Source of the DNA: Octopus sinensis
Lineage: Eukaryota
Length of the DNA stretch: 64,000 nt
Assembly (NCBI RefSeq): GCF_006345805.1
Contig: NC_042997.1
Location: 122,946,001 to 123,010,000 of the forward strand
Reading direction: 5' to 3'
The notes below the pieces were generated by a model. The model saw only the letters and a list, made by a program, of their open reading frames with translations, was not told where the DNA came from and did not search any database. Shown in pieces: positions 56,816 through 64,000 of the stretch. How positions within the stretch are numbered: the first letter of the stretch is position 1; each line of letters begins with the position of its first letter. Both the position numbers and the translations under genes were made by a program.

Positions 56816-56962
56816 ATAACTTATAAAATAAGGGCAAAAGAAAAATTCTAATGCCAAATATGCCGAAAAAAAGACAAAATTGTCAATAACCATTATAATT
56901 TTGTCTTTTTTTCGGCATATTTGGCATTAGAATTTTTTTTTTGCCCTTATTTTAAAAGTTAT
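56816..56962. repeat. ~66-bp-arm inverted repeat with 15-nt loop
   Basis: ataacttataaaataagggc...gacaaaatt / aattttgtc...gcccttattttaaaagttat, adjacent to (TA)n. Confidence 0.92.
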
Positions 56963-57047
56963 TCATAAATTTAACCTTTAAATGTATTTTTTGATATGCT
57001 GGCCATTGCTAAAGTTTTTTTCGATAAAAAATTTATCCTACATTAGT

Positions 57048-57081
<34 letters not shown>

Positions 57082-57117
57082 ATATATATATACATACACA
57101 CACACACATATATATAT

Positions 57118-57270
57118 AGTGGGAATTTACCAAAAAAAAGCAAAAAACGAAGACGGGTGTGTAAACAACAAGCATTTGTAATGCTCGGGAAGTGAGAAAG
57201 TCTTTTACGTTTCAAGCCTACGCTCTTCGACAGAATGGAACACAGAAATAAACCGGGAGAGAAAATTGAA
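57118..57270 (-). mobile_element. Short repeat terminus with hammerhead-like motif (related copy at 59133-59345)
   Basis: Shared ttacgtttc(a/g)agcctacgctcttc..cagaa...acacagaaa; both copies abut microsatellites. Confidence 0.6.
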
Positions 57271-59038
57271 AGTATATATATATATATAAGTGTAAAATAC
57301 ATACATAAAACTGTGTGTTGAAGCCGAGCCATCGAGTGTAACATCGATATTTACTTTGTTAAAGTTAATAAATATAGTGTCTACTAAAAAGTATTCAATA
57401 TTCTAAAGTGTTTTATATATAACTTGTCATAAAAAGCAACATGTACATGCGTGTGTATACTCATATAAACACACAGACACACAAACTCAGACACTCACTC
57501 ACACACACACATATTTAAACATAGCCCACGCAGCTGATATATAGTAAATTATTCCTATATGTACATATAGTTAGTAACTTGACAAATCTCTATTTGAATA
57601 CCAAATATATATTGAATTGAAGAAACGTATATTTGATTAATTTATCTTCCTGAATATATAATAGTATATACATGGAATTTGATTAGGTTGTGCATATTTA
57701 AGATAAGCTGTGATATAAGAGTGTTTAATATATTAACGGGGGTTGTTTCTTATAACATTTTACTGGAGTTTCATTCTTTTTCCAACTGATGAAACTTGAA
57801 TTATTCTATATAGAAGTTTTCAATAGTTGCGTAATCTTTAAGATTTCCTGTCAATTATATGAACAAACATAATGAAACATCTCTCCATTCCAATGCAGCT
57901 AGCTATTGAATATCCTGTATTTGTTTCACAAAGCAGCAACCGAATCATTTCTGAAAGTCTTCTGTAATTTAGAAAATTGTATTTGATATCTAATTCAAAG
58001 AACTTAGACATTTTATTGTTTTATTTTTAATGGTAAGACGTATGTCATCTCGAAAGGGGTAGTTATATAATCACAAATTCTAACTCTGATAGTCATAATT
58101 CATTATCAAACAATACGTCAAATTGTGAATTTCCCGATGTGATCTTTGTTAATGTTAGTAAATATATGATTAAATCTATTGTTTCTTTAACATAGAAGAA
58201 AACTTATTAAAATTAGCTTGGTTTTCATATCTAAGCTCCATACTTTACCTGATGTGTCAGCAGCTCCAGTAATATCGTGAGTTGAATATGTTTTTACATG
58301 ATTAAATTGACTGCTGTATAGCGCTTGTCGGGTAACGGTAGCCCTAACCCTACCTCACCTGACACTGACAAATTAACCTCAAGCACACAAGAGCCCCAAA
58401 TTTCCCAACAGCTAACCTGGGAAAAAAGTATATTGATTTACAATCCAAAACCTGCTAAACTATCTAAGGAGGTAGACAGTTTGTATGAGCAGATAAAGGT
58501 AATCACAGAAGAGTGTGGGAATTTGCCTCGCGCTATGATTGTGTGATAGGAAACCCCAAATACTCATCAGGACTGGCAGAATACGGCAACAATGTTTTTC
58601 ACTGGCAGACGAAAATCGACACCAGGTGTATAGCAGCAACGGTAGGTTAGAATGAACTTCTTAAAGACTTTCATATAGACATTCCATGTGTTGAATAAGG
58701 GTTAAAAGTGTTCTAAAATATGTAAATTATCATGTATAACAAAGATGAATGATGTCACCCGGATGGTGGCTGGAGTCGAGAAGCTACATTTCATTTTTCA
58801 TTTCATTATTTAATTCATACTTTTCGTTCGATTTTACAAACCCCTGTGTGTTGGCCCCGTGTGAGCAATAAAGATATAAGTTCGTGTGTTGATAGTTCGA
58901 ATCAGCGTGTTAGATTGTTCGTTATTAAAAGATTGTTGGTACGTCCCGTGAGGTTACTGTCGTTTCGTTCGATTATATTATTACACTCTTGCGTTTATCC
59001 ATAAGGATATAACATACACACACACACACATATATATG

Positions 59039-59090
<52 letters not shown>

Positions 59091-59095
59091 GGTGT

Positions 59096-59135
<40 letters not shown>

Positions 59136-59989
59136 GGAGAGTTCACGAAAACAAACAAAAGTGGAAGACAGGTGGTGTATAAAACAAACAGATGTATTAG
59201 TATAACGGTCAGGAAATTGAAAATGTCGTTTACGTTTCGAGCCTACGCTCTTCTACAGAAAGGGACACAGAAAAAAAAACAAGGAGAGAAAGGAGAGAAA
59301 AAAGAAGAGAAAAAAGAGGAGAGAAAAATACGTGTAGTGGTTACCGATCTATCATATACATATATACATATATATACATATGTATATAATAACAAATTAG
59401 ATATACCTCCCAATATAGATAAATTTGGAAATAATAATAGAGGATGAAATTAAAACAATGTATAGTGGTATAGTGTAATAACCCCTTGGTTCTAATCACA
59501 TATAATACCCATAGTTCCCTGCTATCTTCTTCCTCAAATTACCATTTTAGTACCAGTAAAAAAAGGAAGATATGTAATTTTTCTTGTTATTTATCAAATT
59601 TAAACATGCATTTTTATTCTCATGTTTAAACTTATACCTCAAATTCTGTATTTGACATATACTTGATTTTACATGATTGATATATATATACTAATTAATA
59701 TTTATAATGTAAAATTTAACAATTTTTATTCTTAATATTACGAAGTATAATTTTTATTCTTAACTTTCATTTATATTCTTAAATTTTATTCTTAATATTC
59801 TATTCTAAATTTCTAATTCGTAATTTTTAATCTTTCATGCTTAATTGTATTGCTTATTTTTAAAGGGATGTAAAATTTGATTTATAATATTCTGAAATAG
59901 ATCCGGAAGAGATGTTGGAATAATTGTAAACCTGATGATTGCATATATGTACTTATGTATATATACATATATATATACATACATACATA

Positions 59990-60106
<117 letters not shown>

Positions 60107-62029
60107 ACATTTGTGTATATTTATATATATTGTAATCTTCTAATACTGAAACACGTGTAGTTCTCTCATATTTAATAAATACATGTATTAACTAAAGTAT
60201 GATATAATTAATGAAGTACATTATGTAGCTGGTAGATTAGGCTATCACCTTTAAGTGTTATTTCGTGATGTGCAAATTGATACCATGTGTTTACTGTCAC
60301 ATATACTCATTGGGTTATTTTTGTATTATCTCAAATAGAATACCCGCATATCGATTAATCTACAAAAATTGAATATTGACTTTTATCAGATACTTTGTAT
60401 ATTTATAGATAAATATATAGATATACGATAAATAAGACCCCAATGCACGATATGTAGATGCATATAACGCTGTAGGGTTACACCTGATTCATTTGGAAAT
60501 TTGTTTTCCCAAATTATAATATATATACATATATATTTATGTACCACAATCATGTTGCTCATAGTGAGTTTTGTAATTGTTGTTTTGAATCCGATCGCAG
60601 ACACTTTTGAGGTACAGTCTATACTTTCAGATGCCCAATTGTTCCATTGCGTAAATACTTTCAGTAGCAGTTGAATATGGCTACTACTTGAAAGCTTATC
60701 CATGTCCTCGTAGATGTTATAACGCATTCTTATAAGACTTTGGGTATGTTATCAAAGTTGAGAAAGTAACGTACTCAATGCATTGAGATAAACATGTGAG
60801 ATAAACCAAATAAAGCAAATCTAGATAGAAATAACTGAAAAAGATATAATTTGATGCTGTCTCAACTAAGCAATCTTCTGACCATAATTTGATATTTTCA
60901 GCGACTTAAATAGGTTGCATGTAATGATGGTGTTTATATGTAACATAGCATTGTATCTGTGTGTTAATGTTGACGTTGCTTTTGCCAATAAAGCACTTGA
61001 AATTATATCAGAATGGTCAAAACATAATTGTATTATATCATTTTGTCCTTTCCGAAGCTATATTGATTCCTGTAAATGCAATAGTCGTATTTAATGGTAT
61101 ATACATAGAGATAGATAGATGTGTATGTATGTGTGTTTGATATTCTATGTCAATTAATGTCAGAACTCCTTTCTCGCAGTAGGAAATAAATGTTTATTTT
61201 GTTGATTGCGTTGCAATGCAGTACAATGCTAGCATTTTTGGTACGGGAATTGCGTAATAAATTTGGCACGAAATGACGAAACGACTTATACTAAATTGAA
61301 ACATGATTGCTTACATATGTGGAGAAAATATTGTCTCTGAACACAAACACAATCACTAGTGTGTGAGAACAACCATATATGCTTATATGTGTGTGTGTGT
61401 GTGAGTGTTTTGTGTGTGTGCGGGTGTGTGTAGGTGCATGCGTGTGAGCGTGCTTGTATGTATGTATGGAAAGAATTTGGGAAAAATCTAAAAGTCTAGC
61501 CTTGATATTTGATATCGTAATAATAAGGTGAATACTAGAGAGAAAAAAGAAAGAAGTATGTAGAATTGTAATATCGAATGATGCCAAATAGAATTTTGGT
61601 AACTATGAATTACAAAATAGCAGAAATTAGAAAATAATTACGAAAATATATGGAGAAGTCCGGATTTATGCGTAAGTAATGTGCTTGTCCCGTTGCTAAT
61701 CAATATATAAATATAAGAGTTTCTGTGGAACAAAAATGTATTGTATAATAAGGTTATTTTGTCTAGAAGAACTAAGGTGAATGAACCTGCTGACTGGATG
61801 CATTATACATACGCCAAATCCTTCACAGTTTTCAGAACCTAAGTAAATCAATCATGTTCATGTGTGAACGGGATTAAATTTAAAATCCAAGTGATTAAAC
61901 TTTCATCATTTCGAATATAGTGAGAATCAGAACATAACAGCCACTTGATGGTTCGAAGTTATTAAGTATACAGAGAAAACACCTAAAATAAAAATTATAG
62001 TACCGATTAAATAATGCCAAAAAATAACA

Positions 62030-62183
62030 TTGGCTCATAGTGTCGGCTTTCCGGTTTTCTTGGCGTATAGATCCCCCACCTGGATGGGACACCGGTCCGT
62101 CGCAGGTGAGCTGCAAGATGCAGGAGGAAAGAGTGAGAGAAAGTTGTGGCGAAAGAGTCAGCAGAAGTTCGCTTTTACCTTCT
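62030..62183 (-). mobile_element. SINE family B-related body with a third tail type
   Basis: Minus strand ctgctgactctttcgccacaactttctctcactcttt matches 10056-10093, followed by cctgcgacggaccggtgtcccatccagg. Confidence 0.7.
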
Positions 62184-64000
62184 ATATTGTTGTGCATGAA
62201 TGTGGTCAGTGATAACAATACATTTGTTAAAACACGTTTTCATGGCCAGACTTTCTATCTAACAGATAATCCTTCTTAGATTTACAATTACATTTATGCT
62301 CATATTAGGTGAAATGTATGTAGCTGATTGAGAAAATAAGGGTTGGAGAAACTGCTTCTAGGATGTCATTAAGGTGTTATGAGTTCAGGTATCACCAAAA
62401 ATTACTGTGAAGGTCTAATTCAAAAAATATAGTACTAGTCAGATAGTTAGGGCTGTATGAATTGCTCTGCTCACGTCGTTTTAATTCAGTCTGTTAATCT
62501 TTTTCTTTTTGAAAATAAAAGATGAGTGCCTAAGTTGGGTATGCAGAAAGCTCCTAAATTGCCCAATGCCGTTGTATATATTTCATTGGCGCCCACGCAA
62601 CTCCATAAAGATTTAAAGGCACAAAAATATTTATATTACGCATACATGCATTCATAAGTGGATACACACACACACATGCATAAACGTTCCTGAAGTTTAT
62701 CATTTAAGTATATATGAGCAGGTCTAATATGCAATCATATGCATGAGAATACGTACATGCATAAAACAAAACATACAATTCTGCATATATACATACAAAA
62801 ATAGGATATAGGTTAGAAACCGACTATTTCTGTATCGGTAAGAAATCTTGAAATAATACTGAATGAAGACATACATACATACATTCATAAATACATGTTT
62901 TGACGTAATGGTGAGAATTGAAATGTGTAAATTATTATGCGCTTCCAACTGCTTAGATATTGCCCACATCGTCACATTCTCCTCATCACAGTAATTCTTA
63001 AGATGGAATGACAAATAATGTCACCATAATGAGAAATCTCTACATCATTCTACTATTGTGATAAACATTTACACAATATGAGACCCACTCTTTGAGTCTA
63101 TCTCATTTTTTTCTAGTGAGTGGCCGAGGCAAAATGACCTGCAACGAATTGAAACCGTTGGTTTTAAAACAGAGCGTCCCTATCCTAGACGGATGCTGTA
63201 ACAACAGCTAGGTGTCCTTCATCCTCAGACATTTGCACACCAAGAAAAGAACCAAATATGTTTCTGTATCCTAACGCTCAGATAGAATGTCATCACATAT
63301 GCCCATTAACTCGGAACAGGGATCCTCACTGGTACTGCTAATCCAGGAAAAAAAAGTGGCTAACAGATTGTTCCTTAAAACCCCTAGAAGTCCCGAACTG
63401 GAGCTACCAGCATGAAGCAGTTTAATGTCATAACCAGGACGATGCACATACATATTTCCATTCATACGCGCAAGCACACCAGAATTAACACGGTAGCTCA
63501 CACGCGCATGCATGCAATTACATACATATTAATTATAAAAAAGCTAATAGAAATTCTATCAACAAACTGACATGACCTATAAGTATAGCAAATAGAAGGA
63601 GTGAGGTTTTGTTTGGTTTAGACAATTAATCTATCAGAAAATATAATACTGTTATAAACCATACATTATTACAAATTTCAAAACATCGTACATAAACGTA
63701 TTTATATATTTAGCAGTATTTTGTGTATCTTGTATATTGATGCTCCTCTATCGCATAACGTAGCCTCGATACATCAAAAACATAACATCTATACGTATAT
63801 AGAAAAACGAAAGACACAAATAGAATACAAAATAGGCATAAAGAATGTTTCTTCATCGGTTGTTGGCTCTTTCTTTAGTCTGATATTTCGAGCATTTAAC
63901 AACAATATACGCTTTCGATAAAACAGTTGCTTCCACAAAGCAAACCAAATAATATTTGGGATTTTGCAGTGGGTCAAAATAGGTAACACAAGCAGGACAG

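Noticed and set aside
57783-57830. caactgatgaaactt...aagtt...gttg hammerhead-like
   Set aside because: The GAAA half of the core is missing after stem II.
58325-58880. Possible LINE ORF1 remnant and 3' tail similar to the SINE C tail
   Set aside because: Similarity is short and no diagnostic protein motif was recognised.

Overview
AT-rich, microsatellite-dense eukaryotic non-genic (intergenic or intronic) DNA. The repeat families resemble those of an octopus-type cephalopod; this is inferred from the SINE sequences and not verified. I found no convincing host protein-coding gene, and nearly all six-frame ORFs are microsatellite artefacts. The window is a graveyard of mobile elements: 3' ends of a CR1/L2-group LINE, an RLE-type (R4/Dong-like) non-LTR remnant, an ORF1 zinc-knuckle remnant, two decayed mariner transposons, a pogo/Tigger-like MITE, a non-autonomous Helitron, several tRNA-derived SINE families that swap 3' tails, and many Penelope-like element (PLE) fragments (RT, GIY-YIG). 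The most striking signal is RNA-structural. A non-coding ~535-bp unit is repeated head-to-tail 5.2 times at 53461-56250, and each full unit carries a type I hammerhead ribozyme on the minus strand, as in retrozymes or circRNA-derived arrays. About ten more dispersed hammerhead or hammerhead-like motifs occur, several with a recurrent CCGANGA core, along with repeated fold-back palindromes at (TA)n-anchored element ends. All structures were read by eye; no folding or database search was run.
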